DNA of 64,000 bases from Geosiphon pyriformis uo1 (taxonomy: Eukaryota > Fungi > Glomeromycota), in the NCBI GenBank assembly GCA_016748015.1, contig JAAOMT010000521.1:8098-72097 (forward strand), given 5' to 3'. Positions within the stretch are counted from its first letter, which is position 1. Every line of letters starts with the position of its first letter. The notes under the pieces were generated by a model. It saw only the letters and a program-made list of their open reading frames with translations, did no database searches and was not told where the DNA came from. The position numbers and the translations under genes were made by a program. Of this stretch, positions 47,590 through 62,184 are shown piece after piece.

Positions 47590-50500
47590 CTATGCAGTTA
47601 TGTGAACTATAACTGAGTCACTAATGCCTAAAAAAATAAATAAGAATTGCAAAAGCCAAAACAAACACCAAAAGCATTGGCAATACCAAGCAATTTGACC
47701 ACCCCAGCCAACAATCCTGAAGCCAAACCAGAAACTAATGTAAAAACTAAACCATCAAGAGGAATTAATCTATTTTTCTCCATGTAAGCATGATGTTTAG
47801 CATAAACTAACCAGACTTCACTTCTAAAAACAAGACTAAGAGAGTACACAAATTTAATAATCTCCAAACCAGCAACTTTAGGATCATAAAAAATGGTGAT
47901 TGCCTTGTGAAACCAATCATTAAAAATGAAACCCTTATAAAACACCATGGACAAAAAGAATTCAGAAACACACGAAGACAATAGTCATAGTATGTCTAAA
48001 AACAAATAAAAAAAACCAGAAACTGTTTTCCAGAAATTTACATGGAATTCTAACAATTGACTCTAAATAAAATCATTAATTTTATAAGAAAACACATGAT
48101 CAGAAGCTTTCATATTACCACAATATAAGCATAATACACTAGAATATGACCTATTATAAAGACACTTCTGAATGGCAACTGGCAACCAGTGGTGCAAAGC
48201 TTTTATGAAATAAGTGCATGCATTAGCTGAAGGTCTGCTAGTAAAACCAGTAGTTATGTGCAAGTTAGAGTGTCATACTAAAGATGAATGGTGCCAGTCA
48301 ACCTTAGAATGCAAACCACTCACCAAAAATTTGGAACCAGAACCAACCTCCCAGCATGCATAACAAATTGAATGATAAACATTATGGACAAAATATCTGG
48401 AATTGCCAGAAACTACACCACTATCAACCATTATGAAGTGTTAACCCAAACGAGAAAAAAAACACTAATTTGAGAGAAAAGCGTCATCAGCAATTATGTT
48501 AGTGTACTCATTTCCTGAAACACCAGAGTGGCCTTTAATTTTATGCCAGCTGACTTTCAAATTCTTACCATGAATAACATTGGTGATATAATAACATTTA
48601 ACTCAACATTGATTATGAAAGTTGGGATATGCTAGACCCAATTCTGACTTACAAGCATCCAGAGCAGATTGACTATCCAAAAACAAATTAACAGAGCACT
48701 GAGGAAGGACACATTTCAGAGCCAGTGCTATAGCCTGCAACTCTACTAAAGTAAACAACATCAAACCTAACATACCAACACCCAAACCAAAATCAACGTT
48801 TTTGAAAAAAACAGCAGTACCAATTCTACAGCCAACTGAGCTCAGATTACTAAGAGACTTATCTGTATATACTAACAGACTGTTAGCACCAACTCATGAG
48901 AGACAATCACAAACAGAAATAAAATTCTGAGATTCAAAAATGTTCAAAGAACTGACACTATCTAAAACTGAAAAGCAAGTGGTAAATAGACTTTTATTAT
49001 TTAGAAATGCAACCAAAATCTTGAACTATTCAGAAACAAAACCATGAGAATCTAATCTCTTTCAATGCTTGAAAGTATACCAGTTAAAGACAAAACTATG
49101 ATGATCATGAAGTTGATTCACAAAAGCAATATCATATTAACAGAAAGAAGGGAGAAACTTATAAAACTGTGACTTGCCCAGAACAACAAACATAGGGATC
49201 CCACCACAAAACAAAAAGAAATTGGCCAGAGAGCCACCCAGAAACAAATTGCAATTAAGAAGAATATGTACCATGTCTGCCAGAAAGTTATCAGAAGCAC
49301 TAATATGAACACGTACAAGAGAACTCAAGGAATGAACAGGACACCAGCACAGAACCTGTAAGTCATAAGACCTGTGAAAAAACAAATGACCCAAGATGCC
49401 ACCAGAGTTTGCAAAACTAATAAGAGAGGCCATCTTGCTTTTAGACTGAACCTAAATAAAAGACTTCAAAAGGATAATAGATTGTATCACTAGGAAATTC
49501 GAAAGATAGACTGGATTTGAACTTCAAGCCCTTATAAATCAAAGCATCTCATTTGTTACATGTACTAATGAGAACAAAACTGAACTGCATTTTATAACTA
49601 ACTATAGATTGAAGGATTGCTGATACTAAATACAAGAACTACTTATCTAAGACAGCTTTCCTCAAGACCAGATTGGTAAAAAAATGAACGTCTAAATATG
49701 CCTTCACCAAACTAGGCTTTAACAGACCATTAGTTGATAAAAAAATACCCAAATATTGATGAAATTCACCTTTTTTGGCAATAGAGATTGGTGAGCTACT
49801 AATAGAAAGAGAAAGAATACTGACTTTGCTATTAATAGGAATGACTACTGTTTTGTCATTATTAATAGAAATATCATTTATTCAAAAAAATTCACTTGCA
49901 ATGTTAAGAATATGTTAAGTAGCAGTCTGACTACAGCCAACCTAAATTGTATCATTGACAAAAGTGCCAGTAGCAAAAAAAGAAGAAAGTTCAGCCCTGG
50001 ACTCAACACGATCATTCCTTGAAATAAAATAAAAACTTAACTTATAACTGCACATGCTTTTCTGTTTCTTGATTTCACATAGCAGAGGATCATAAAATAT
50101 ACACCACAAAAGAGGAGAGAAGACCTCCCCTTGGTCCAAACCATCATGTATACAATAACTATCTGTCAACCCAAAATCTGTCATAACTCTGTTGGTATAA
50201 TCCCTATGAATATTACCAAAAAACTGAATGAACCTGCTGTACATCTTGATCCTGACCAAACTTTTCTCGAGATATTTCCAGCTTACTAAATTATATGCTT
50301 TCCACATATCCTGCAAAACCAGTCATAGCTCCCGATTCTTTTGCAATGCATTCTCAACCACTGAACTAACAGCAAAAATAGAAGATTGAGTCATTGTGCC
50401 TTTTAAAACTGAAAAATTGTCCCCATAAAGAACACTAAAAGTGTTGCATACCAAAGAAATTCTATCAGAAAGTATCTTGAAAAGGATCTTATGAGCCATT

Positions 50501-52266
50501 TCAATCAAAGCAATAGGGCAAGTATTCATAAGAACACTCTCACATTCATATGGTTTAGGAATCATTGAGACCCAAGCCTTCTTTTAGAATTCAGGCACCA
50601 ATTCACAAGAAAGACACAAGTTCAAAAGTACCAAAAGCATATTCAAAATTGATTTGTCACAATGTTTCCAAAGCTTGTTTGTGATACCCAAAAGGCCAGC
50701 AGCTTTGTCATTAGGCAGAACAGAAACCATACCAAGCAGCTCACTAAACTCAACTGAATCCATTATACCAGAAAAGGTTTTATCAAAAACATAATTCAAT
50801 GGCTAATATTAACGAGACCAAACATCAGAGACATTAGCAACCACATCATGCTTTCTGGTCTATTCTTTCATAATAATGTCTACCTTAGATTTAACCAAAC
50901 CAGGCTCCAAAATAAGCTTGTCATCAACAACCAGGTGATTCAGAACCACTTTGTGGAGAGGGTGTTCCAGAACACTTCTGATAGTATAACCCTTATTCAT
51001 CTCGAAGCTTTCTATCCTCTTATCTATAGCAGATCTAATGTTCACTTCCCTAGCTGCCAGGAATTCAACAAGCTTGAATGTGCAATATAACTTCCTAATG
51101 CCAAAGAAAGCAGAATGAACATGATTAGAGTCCACATCAAAGTCTATGAGATTCTAAACAACTGAAGCTTTGATACTATCCAAAGAGTCCCAGCACTTCA
51201 TAAGAGAGATAAAACTGACACCATTTTTTTTATGAGAGGCTTTGATAATTTTTGAAACCAAAAGTTCCAACAAGTGAAACTTTAAAGAAACTTTGGTGAA
51301 CATACTGTCAAAATTTTTGAACCATTTTTTTCTAAATATTTCATTCGCCGAAAGCATCATTATCTTGCATAAAACATCCCACATAGCATTTAGGTTTGAG
51401 TGTTTGACAGTAGAATTAAACTCATTAGAGAGCATTCCAGCATTGGCTGATATGGTATTGTTAAAATTTTCCCACTTATTGACATCACCACTCTTGAAAT
51501 CAAACTTTTACTGATCTCTATCTGCTTGCTTGTGAAGGGAGTTCAACTGTACATCCAAAAGTCTGCCCAAACCAACAGACACAGAAACAGTCCAATGATC
51601 AGTATCAAAAAATTTTCTAACACCACACACACTTCAATCCATCACAGCATTAACCAAGTTTGATGAGATGAACAAAAAGTCGATCATTTTAGCCACATTA
51701 CAAAAGTTGGTCCAAGTAGGAGTCTTAACAAGGGAACTTCCACCAAAGAAGTTGACCAAACCAAAATCTAGACATTTTTTGAAACTGGCACACTTATAAG
51801 AACCATCTTCATTGAAGTTGCCACTCAGAACAACAAAAGAAAATTCATTTACAGCTTTGGCAATCATAGAGTTGATTTTACCAGCTTGGAAGAACCAAAC
51901 TAACAAAAAAGCATTGGCATAAAGCCCCAAAATAGAAACAAAAAGTTTGTTTTTGAAAAGTAGCCTGACAAAAATGAGCTGACCAGGAATCTCAGAAATT
52001 TTACATACATAATGAGCTAGAGAAATGTTCATAATAATAGCAACACCAAAATCTAAGTTATCAGAGTCTATACCAGAAGTAAAAACTCAAACATTATCAA
52101 ACCTATCAGCAATCCATGGATGAACCTTACTCCATAACTTGGTCTCAGTAATAATTGAAATCAAACTGCTCATATTCTTATGCCAATAAACAATATCCTC
52201 CTGTTTTGCAGGATTATTCATGCCCCAAACATTGCAAGTAGCAATTTTCTAAACTAAACTGATCAT
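47590..52266 (-). pseudogene. LINE-c ORF2 (APE-RT-RNase H-CCHC)
   Basis: KIATCNVWGMN, LSGNFN, PIALIEMAHKIL, QDMWKAYNLV, GLDQGEVFSPLLW, FVNDTI, VELQAIALAL, LDSQSA, KIKGHSG, CLYCGNMKASDHVF. Confidence 0.93.
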
Positions 52267-54216
52267 TGAGATGGAAAAAAAGCTAACAAACCCAAACCAG
52301 AACACAAAGAGTCTAATCTCTCCAAAACCAAACTGACCGAAACCTTCAGAGCCAACATCTTTAATTCCAAACCACCTACCTTGATGGTGAGCATCTTTGA
52401 ACTGCTCAAATTTAGTTCGGGGACAGCCTTATCAACCAACAAAAGAGAAAAAAAAGAGGACACTACTACATTATCAACAGTCATATCCGAATTCAAAACT
52501 GAATCCAAGAGAGGAGCAACAAAAAAAGGGAAAGCACAAAGCAGTGATGACATTGGCACTAAATTCACAAGGCTCAATTTTTTTAAAATAACTAAACCTG
52601 ATCCAACAAAAACTTTAAAGAGCACTCCAAAGAAGCCAGACATTTGGCTAAACTAGAATCATCAATAGGGTTGGAAGCTATTACCAAGAGTTTTGCACTT
52701 AAAAGTGAACCAGTACTAGAGAGAACTAACAAAAACACACAAAAAAGAGAACCATCTGCAACTTGAGCCCAAGATTTTCCACCAAAAGACACTGGACGGG
52801 CAACCAGAGCTTGCTTCTTTTTATAGATATTAGCCAAATAGACCTAATCTTGAGAAGACATTACCCTTCTACAACAAACTCCAGAATTCCCACCAATTGA
52901 ACACACATCAGAAATATGACCAAATTTTTTACACTTGACACAGCAAGCCAAAGAAAGACCAGCCCAGCACAAATTCACACCTTTATAAACCAGAATAGAA
53001 CTAATAGCAGCCAATTTGGATGCCTTATTATTAAAACAGACCACCACACATCTATCACGAACATATGAATCAGGATTATAACCAATAAAGCAGGTTTTCT
53101 CACTATAAGAGTTCACTAAATCTAACAAATCATAAGCAGTAGTGCCAACTGGAAGTGTGTACAATAAAGCCCAATAATGATCCCTGATCAACCATGATTC
53201 CTTGTCATTTAACACCAATACAACACAAACAGAATCTTTGTCCACTAAGACCAACCACTTAGAAGCAACCAAGCTAGCCATATCTATTGACTCAAATTCT
53301 ACTAAAGCTTTTTGCCAAAGCCTAATCAGTTGCATCCTAATCGAAATCACCTAACCAAACTTAGAAAATACTGATTTAATCACCAATCTGAAAAGATCTA
53401 CTGGAATCTTCTTGACTATTACTTCTCAATTTGAGTGGCTATTTGGCTTCCTAACATCAATATTTACCAGAATTTTTTCACTAATTACCATTTTTTTGGC
53501 CTTGGTTAAACTTAATTTAGAAGTAAAAGAAGATTTAATGATGCTTAGAAGTTTTGAAGAAGCAGATGTACCCCCAAAACTGTCAATTCAATAGAAAATT
53601 TTTTTTATAGCAATCAACTTGTCACTAATAGTTTTGCCAAGCAAGACAGAAATTCTAATATCCAATATGAATGACTTAACAAGATCAAAAATACGCTTTT
53701 TTGAAGAATGTGACCTGACAAAATGCAGTTTTTTGGAGCCTGCAAACTTAGGAAATAGAAGAGCTATTATATCATTATTTTCATTTAAGACGTCAAACAA
53801 AGAAGTTTTTGGGGGTTAACTTAATATGTATGTGTGAGTGCATGTTTTCTTAAGAGTAGTGTCATTTTCCATGTTATTAACCACAAAAGCATCCAAGTTA
53901 GCATAACTAGTTTCCTCAGTGACAGTATTTTTTATGTTCTCTAAGTCTAATAGGCCACTCATGCTACTCATCTTGCTTTCCATTTTACTGCTCCAAGATT
54001 TTGAAAACTCACCATTATCAACACTAATATTGGCCAGCTCAGCAAGCCTGCAGATGAATTAACCATTCCAATATCGACTTTGGGATTTTTAGGCTTCTTA
54101 TAAGATGCATTACAAGAGTATACACTATTAACCCTCTTTTTTTTTGCATCAGGCTGGGTCCCCAAACTAGCAGAAGTAAATCCAGAGCCATTAACAACAG
54201 GACTTGCCAGTTCTAT
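52263..54216 (-). pseudogene. LINE-c ORF1
   Basis: GSGFTSASLGT, ASYKKPK, LWQKALVEF, CVKCKKFGHISDVC; ends FPSQ*. Confidence 0.9.
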
Positions 54217-57200
54217 GTTCACAAATAAAAGTACATTTGAAGAAATAGTTGAAAATATAAAGGAAAAAGGAAATAGAAAAAAAACTTTTTCTTTGGCAAT
54301 ATTTTACTTTTGTTGTGACCGAAGGATTAACAAAAGAAAGATTGTTGCTTAATTTTAAGTTTAAAATAATAAATAATAATATTTAATATTTAATAAAAAC
54401 TCTTTTTAAATAGCTTTTAAAATTTTATTAATTAAATTTTTTTATAAAAGTTTTTTTAATATAGATTATATTTTTTTAGTAATGAAAATAATTAGATTTA
54501 AATAAATTTTAATGTAAAATTTTTTTTTTAAATATTTATATAAAAAGTATTTAAAAAATTTATAGTCTTATTTAATAAAAAATTTAGCTATTTTGGAAAA
54601 AATTTATTTGTTATTTTTTTTGAACTTTTTTTAGTTTTATAATAGTAGATAATTATTTTTATTAATATAACAACTTTTATTTTAATTAAATTATATTGAA
54701 ATTATAAGTTAATATTTTTTTTTGAAATTTTCTTGAAATTTTTATTTATATTTTTTTTAAAGATTATAAAAATATATTTGTTATTAAGCAATCTTAAGAA
54801 TTGTTATGTTTAAGACAAAATATTTTAGATTGTTTTAAATTTTTTTTCTTTTTTTTTTAAGATATAAACCTAAAATAAAATTAGTAATTATTTGTTAAAA
54901 AATTTTTTTGGTGTTTTTAATATACTAATTAACAATAAATAAAGTTTCAAGTTATTTATTTTAATAGTAATAAAATTTACTTGGGTTTTTTTTTGTTTTT
55001 TTAAATATAAAAAAATTAATTATTAATTTGTCTATTTTTTAATTATTATTAAATATGTTAAATCTATATAAAATTTTTTTTTCTAATTGATTGTATTTTT
55101 ACTCTTTAAAAGTATATTTACCAGTTTACAAACTGATAAATAATTGTTTTAATTCAAAAATTTTTTCTAAAAAAATTAATATAAGCTTAATTAGTTTTGT
55201 TATTGAAAATATTATTATCATAATTATTATTGTTTTGATTGTCATTATTTTTAATAACTATTAAAAATAAAATAATATTGTTATAAACTTTTAAATAATA
55301 TTTAGTTATTTTACAGTAATATTATAAAAATAAATTATAATTTTACTGTTTTTGGTTATATAATAATTTTTAAAGTTAATTAAAATATAGCTTATATTTA
55401 AATTTTTAAGATTGCTAATTTTTTTATATTGTTTAAGTTAATAAGTCGAATAATCAAACTAGATTAACAATAAATTTATTAAATTATTGTTTATTGAAAT
55501 TAAAAATTTAGACTACAAAAAAATTGTTATTTAAAATACTAAAACAAAAATAAAAAAAGTATTTTTTAAGTGCATTTTTTGATTATTTTTAATTTTTAAA
55601 CATATTTAATGGCTATATTTTTGTAAAATTATTTTTAAAAACAAAAAACTAAAAAACATATAATAAATTAGTTCATAATTTTGTTATAAAAATATAAATG
55701 TTTTGTTTTTTGGTTTAATTTTGGTATTTATTTATTTAATTAATTTTTAAATTATTTTAACATATTTAATAATAACTTTATTTAAATTTTAATTTTATTT
55801 TAGTTTTATTTATAATTTAGAAATTAAATTAGAGATTTGAATATTAAAAAATATTTATTTAGTTATTTGTTAATAAATATTTTTTTTTGAAAATTATATA
55901 ATAAGTAAATTTTAAAAATAGTTATTAATAATTTAAAATTTGTATTTATTGTTATATTAGTTGATTATAGTTATTTTTTTAAAAATATTTAATTATTTAA
56001 TAAAGTTTTATGTATTTTTTCTAAATAAAAACAATAATGTATTATTTTTTTTGTTTAAAAATAAATTAAATAATTTAAAGAACCAATAGCATATTTTAAT
56101 TATTAAAAATATTAATTATAAAATCAAAAATTGAGTTTTTAAATATTATATTTGAATTACTTGAAAAAATTTTAAATATAGATGCTGTTTAATAATTTTT
56201 TTTCTGTTTTAAAGAAAGTTTTAACTAATTAATATGTTGCTATTCAAATTTTAAAATTATTATTTAAAAATTACTACATAAAAAAGTTAATTAATATTGT
56301 TATTTTTTATATAAGTAGTTTTAAAATAAGTTTGATTAAAGAAATATATTAAATAAATATATAAAATTTAGTAAAATATTTGTTTAGAAATTAAAATCAA
56401 AAGTCTTAAAATTGTTTATTAGATTAATTTTTAACAAAAAAACAAATTAAGTAAAAGAAAAAAATTAAATTTCCAATAATTTAAGTTATTTTTATTATAT
56501 ATATAAAATATTTTTTTAATTATTATATAGTATAAACTATTTATAGCCATTAAAAAATTTATATAATTTTAAATGATATCTAATTTTCTAATTTTAATAA
56601 TTTTAAAAAACTAAACTGTAAATATGATAGATTAAGTTTTTTTTTTATATTTACAATTTAATTTTTTGAATTATATTATATTTTATAAAGTTATTAAAGT
56701 TTAAATTAGCCACTTTTATTATTAATTTTTAGATGCCAATTAATCAGATTTTAGCCAATTAATAATCATTAAAGTTATATTATTATTATGTGATAAATTA
56801 TCAAAGTATTATCATTTTCAATAAGGCTTTCAATTAATATTAATCTAATTTTTAATTAATTACTTTTTTATTAAGATATAATATTTTTTGGCTTGTGTAT
56901 TTTCTGCTAATAACACAGTATTATTAATCATAAATATTTTATTTATACTACTACTATATTCAGTTGTTATTATCAGAACAAAAATTCAGATATTAATATT
57001 GTTTACATCAAGTACTAAAGGAATTATAAAAGTACTAAAAATAATTATTAAAAAATTTGAAAATATTATTTGTGTTTTATTTGTAATTTTGTGTTTTTTT
57101 TGATAAACATCAAAAACAATCAGCTTTGGTGCCAAAAACAGCAAATTTAAAACAAAAATTGAAATAATTATAATATGATTAGCTATTGACTCAAGTATAA

Positions 57201-59550
57201 TACTATAAGTAAAATGTTTAATATTAAAAGACATTACAAAAGATTAATTATTTATCTCAATTTTTATATCTTAAAGCAAGAGCATGATTCAAAATTTATG
57301 AAAAAAATTAATATAATTAATTTTTTAATAAATAAACTTTGTGACAAATTATAGATGGCTTATTTTTTTTGTAGTATCATATATTATAATGTTTGAAACA
57401 TGTGTCTTAAAATAGACAATACTATTTAATAGCTTAGTAGATATTTTTGTTTTTATCTGTGGTTAAAAAGTCTGCCAAATGCTTTTGTAAACATTATAAT
57501 TGTTAACTTTTATGTAATTCTTAGGTTTTTTATATAATAAGTTCAATATTTATCTTGTTATCTAATGTTTGATTAATAATTTGCATTCTATTAAAGTTGG
57601 TTTTTTTTATATGCTTGTTTTTATTATGTTAATATATCAGTTTAAACAAATATAAGATTTTTTGGAGATCTTGAAACAAAGTTTTTAAAATAAGTTAGGA
57701 GAACTGAATGAGATAATATTGTAATCAAAAACAATTAATTATATAACTTAATCATTGAATTAAATGAAATATATAATTAGTTAATATTTATATTATTTGA
57801 AACTCTGACTTTTAACTTTATTTTTTCAAATATTTTATTTTACATATGTTAATTTTCAAAGACATTTGTCAGTTTTTGTTGTTATATAATAACATATAAT
57901 AATAAAGATATGAATAAAAAAAAAATTTGTTTATTTAAAGTTTTTGATGTATTCTTAATTGGTTTTTAATTAAGAATATGCTGTATAAAAGAAATTAAAA
58001 CAGATTCTACTAAAAAACTTTTTTTAATTTATGGTGTTAAATAGTGTATTATGTATACTAATATAACTTTAAATACAGAAAAGAGTATTTTTCCAATTAT
58101 TAATAGTAGCAAAAAATTTCAATACCACTACATATAAAGATTTATATATATAAATATTATTGTTATTAAATCTTTTGAAATATATTATAAATAGATTCTG
58201 TAAAATTAAACTTATAATAATTATATAACAATTTTAAAAAAAATATTATATTTAAACATAATTTTTATGTATATAATATAACATTTTTCTATAATATCTT
58301 ACAATATATGTTTTTTAATAACCAATATTTTGAATACTTTTTTTTATAAAATTTTAAAAATATATTGTGTTTTATCTAATGAAAAAAATGATTAAAAGCT
58401 TAAAAATATAAAGCATAAAAGTAGTATTTATGATTAAAAATTAATTTGATCAGATTTGAAAAAAAAAACTTGCAAACTATTTTTGCAATCTATAAAAAAT
58501 AAAAAACAGTAACCAATTTTGAAAATTTTGATCAGTATTATTTTTATGATAATGTAAATACTTACTTTAAATTCACTAATAACTTTTCAATAACTATAAT
58601 ATTGTATTTTAAAAAATTGCTTGAATCTAAAAGATATATAAAATCTTTTATAATAAAAGTTTCAGTTAAATTTAATATTTAAATAATAAATTATATTAAA
58701 AAAAATATAATAACTTAAATACTTATCATGTATTCAACCAATTCATAATCTAATTTTAGAATTGGTTTTCTAGACTATAAAAAGAATTTCAATTGTTGAA
58801 TATTTTAACAACTTATTAGAATATAATATATAATAGTTTATCATAGTAATCAAAAAACTTATATTAATTGGTATTAATTTAGGGAAATTAGGTTAAAATT
58901 GAAAAATCTTTGGTTTTATCTTAATTAAGAGAATTAAAGTTGTCTTAAAAACTATAATCTTGAATAGCTCTTTTTTTTAATGTTATATATTTTTAATGAG
59001 TTTATTATGCAAAAAATGTATAAAATATATTAGTTTAAATAAATAAAACCCAGATTTTTTTGTAAAAGCCTAATAAATTTCTCACTTGTAAAAATTTAAT
59101 ATCTTTAAAAATGTGTAAATTATTATTAAAATACATAGCATTTTCAAAATTAATTACAAGTTTTGATCAAATTTATAAATAGATAATATTTTTTTCAATT
59201 TTTTCACTAATGTAATATAGAAACCATATATAAAATATTAAGTAACTAATAGAAAAAAAGTGCATAGTATCAACTTTAATTATGTTTAAGAATCTTAATT
59301 CTTTGATCACATTATTATATTTTGGATATTCTTCTTTGAACATTAAATTTATAAATAATACAACATATTATCAACTTCTAAATATAAAAATGAGAAATTA
59401 CAACTAGACTATAATATTAAAATTGAAATTTATTTCAAATATTCTTATTTATTATCTTTTTAATTAACAATTATTTGCAATAAATCTTTTATCAGCTCTA
59501 AAAAATTGGCTTTAATTTGAAAATCAGGTTTTTTTTGAGTTAATTATTTA

Positions 59551-62167
59551 ATTGTTAATGTTAAATTTTTTGGTTTAAATTTCTTGTCATAAATTGAAAA
59601 GGTTTTTGTAATAACTATTTTTATTAATTTTACTTGAATTTTTGGCTCAAATAATCTCCTTAATTCCAATAGAAAATTTTTTTTAATGAATATTAAAGAA
59701 GTTTTTTTTAATTGCTTTTATTTAGAATTACAAAACAGAAATTTAAATTTAAATTAGAACCAAAGAGGTTTAAAGAATAAATATATATTTGAATTAAAAA
59801 TACTATTTCCATTGTGATACAATTTTTTTGTATAATATTACATAATTTAAATCTTTTAATTCTGTCTAAACACTAATTATACACTAAATTAATATTATAT
59901 CACATAAAAAAATACTATTTTATTCTAAATGAAAAAGAAAAACTAAAGATCAAATTAGAAATACAAAAAAATTATATAAAAAACACATTATATTACTTCA
60001 AAAATGATTATAATATTAAAGTAAATAAATTTAATGAACTAAATATTAGTAATAAAAAGTAAAATAATAATAATAACAATAAATAAAATAATATAGAAGA
60101 TATAAAAGCTATAATTAGAATAAATATAAAATTAAAAAAACTTAGTATAGTATAAAAAAATAACAATTATCTAGAAAAAAGAAGCAAGATCTTTATATTA
60201 AAAAAAATACCAAAGTTAACTTATTATGATAAATATGAACCAAATAATTTATTTTCTAAAGCAGCAGCTAGAACTAAAAAATTACTACTTTTTTTAATAT
60301 TAGTGATGCTTTAACTAAGACTTACAATAGCTTAAATCTAATAAATCTTCAATCAATTCAAAAAGTAAGGTTAATTCATATGCTAGTTGAATAAAAAAAG
60401 AGCAAAAGTTAAAAAAACATTTAAAAAAACAACATGCTTAGTTAATTGTTTTTAAATAATCAAAAATGAGCTATTTTTGAATATATTATTTTGTTAAATA
60501 ATAATAATAGACGTAAAAAAGTTAAAACTAGTTTGAAAATTGCCCAGAAGATTTTTATTAATGATAGTGTATGGAAAGCACGAAAAATTTGATATTTTGC
60601 AAAGTATTAATTGCTTAATAATAAGTTTTCAACATTAAAACATGAAAAATACCAAAAAATAATTAAAATAATTAATAATAAAAACATTGTAGAAAAATGT
60701 TATATTTGAATTAGAAGCCAAAACTTCAATGCCACTTCAACCATATTTAAAAAATTCATTAAGCATGAATTGTTTCCTAATATTAAAATAATAATAAAAA
60801 AACTATTAATTTTATGGCTGCAGTAAAATAACTCAAAATTCTTAATTATTTATTTCAATAATATTATCAAAACTTATATTATGATAAACATAAAAAATAT
60901 TTTAAAAAAAATATATAAGCATAAAAAGTATATATTAAAGTATAAATTTATAAATTAAATATATTTTAATTTATTTAATAAAAAGAAAAAAAGAGTTCTT
61001 ATAGTCCATATTAAATATATTCTTTATTAAAATAATAACAAACATAACATATGGGTTAAGCATAAAAATTTGCCACTAAAAAAAAAATGAAAGATTAATT
61101 ATGATTAGTAAATTTTTAACTAAAATTAATAGATATTTATGTTTACAACAAAATAATATAGAAAACTATTTTAATATACTAAAAAAAGCATGATGCTATT
61201 TGCAATCTGATATAAATCAAGATAATTATTAAACAGCAGACCATTTTTTTAAACAAATTAAATATAAAACAATTTCAATTTTTGAGAAATTATATTTAGA
61301 TTGTACAATTGTATTTGCTTTTAATAATAGTTTTAATTATACAGCATTTAGTAAAAATGCTTTAATTGCAAAAAGAATAAATTTAAATCTAGATAAAAAG
61401 CAATCATGAATGCAAAATACTTTTTTAGATTAGATAATTAATTATAATTAATAATCTTCTCAGAAACATATTTAGATAAAAAACTTTAAGAATTGTCTAA
61501 AAAATTAAACAAGTATTAGTAAAATAAGAAAAATGGCTATCAAAAAAATTAGTATTAAAATGCCAAAAATGCAAAGAAAAAATCAAAAATTTTTCAAAAA
61601 TTTTTTGTTGTGTATGTCAAGTAATATCTTTGGAATCCAATTTTTTTGCTCAAAAAATACAATTAAAGAATTAATCGAAAATATAAGACATAAATGCATT
61701 TTTTTTCCAAAATTTCATTGCAAATTAAATTTTATTAAAAGATATTGGAGAGCTGCTAAAAGATATATACATAACAAATATGATTTTTTATGGAAAAAAT
61801 TATAAAGAACAGTATTTAAAAGTTTTGAATTAGTATTTTTAATAACTATTAAATGATTTTCAAGAAAATATTAGTGTTATATGAATCTTTATAAAAAAGA
61901 TCTTAGTAGAAAATTAGTAGAATATGCTATAAAAAAGTATAAATCTCATAGAAAAATTTCAAATAATATTTTTAAAGAATTAGACAAATTAAATAATATT
62001 CAAACTTTATAATACTTTATTTGGTTTTATATTAAATAAAATTTTATTTTTATTATAAATAATATATTAAAAACAAATATATATTAACCAATAAAATTTA
62101 ATTATATAAATAAAAACACATAAAAATTTTTATTTAAAATTTTGAACCAATCTACATTTTTGATGAT
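59551..62167 (+). mobile_element. Fossil IS630-Tc1-mariner-type DNA transposon (transposase relic ~59930-62010)
   Basis: VLIVH, CYLQSDINQDNY*TADH, I(P)IFEKLY..C..VFAFNNSFNY.AFS..AL.AKRINL, HKCIFFPKFHCKLNFIKRYWRAAKRY, EYAIKKYKSHRKI. The ends are tentative (TA|ATTGTTAA ... TTGATGAT|TA, a possible decayed TIR). Confidence 0.8.
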
Positions 62168-62184
62168 TATAAATAGTTTATATT

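Larger units (their letters stand above)
47456..54346 (-). mobile_element. LINE-c: full-length, uninterrupted, intermediate decay
   Basis: Collinear with LINE-b; short T-run (A-tail) at 47456-47462; candidate TSD GCTTAATTTT at 47450-47459 and 54347-54356. Confidence 0.94.

Noticed and set aside
56888-57234. Hydrophobic I/F/L/K-rich ORFs in AT deserts (also 29445, 30022, 33927)
   Set aside because: Composition is what extreme AT content produces; no identifiable family.
59100-59360. Possible cytochrome P450 relic on the minus strand (VIKE-LRF, FEN)
   Set aside because: No FxxGxRxCxG or PERF motif found; too degraded to support.
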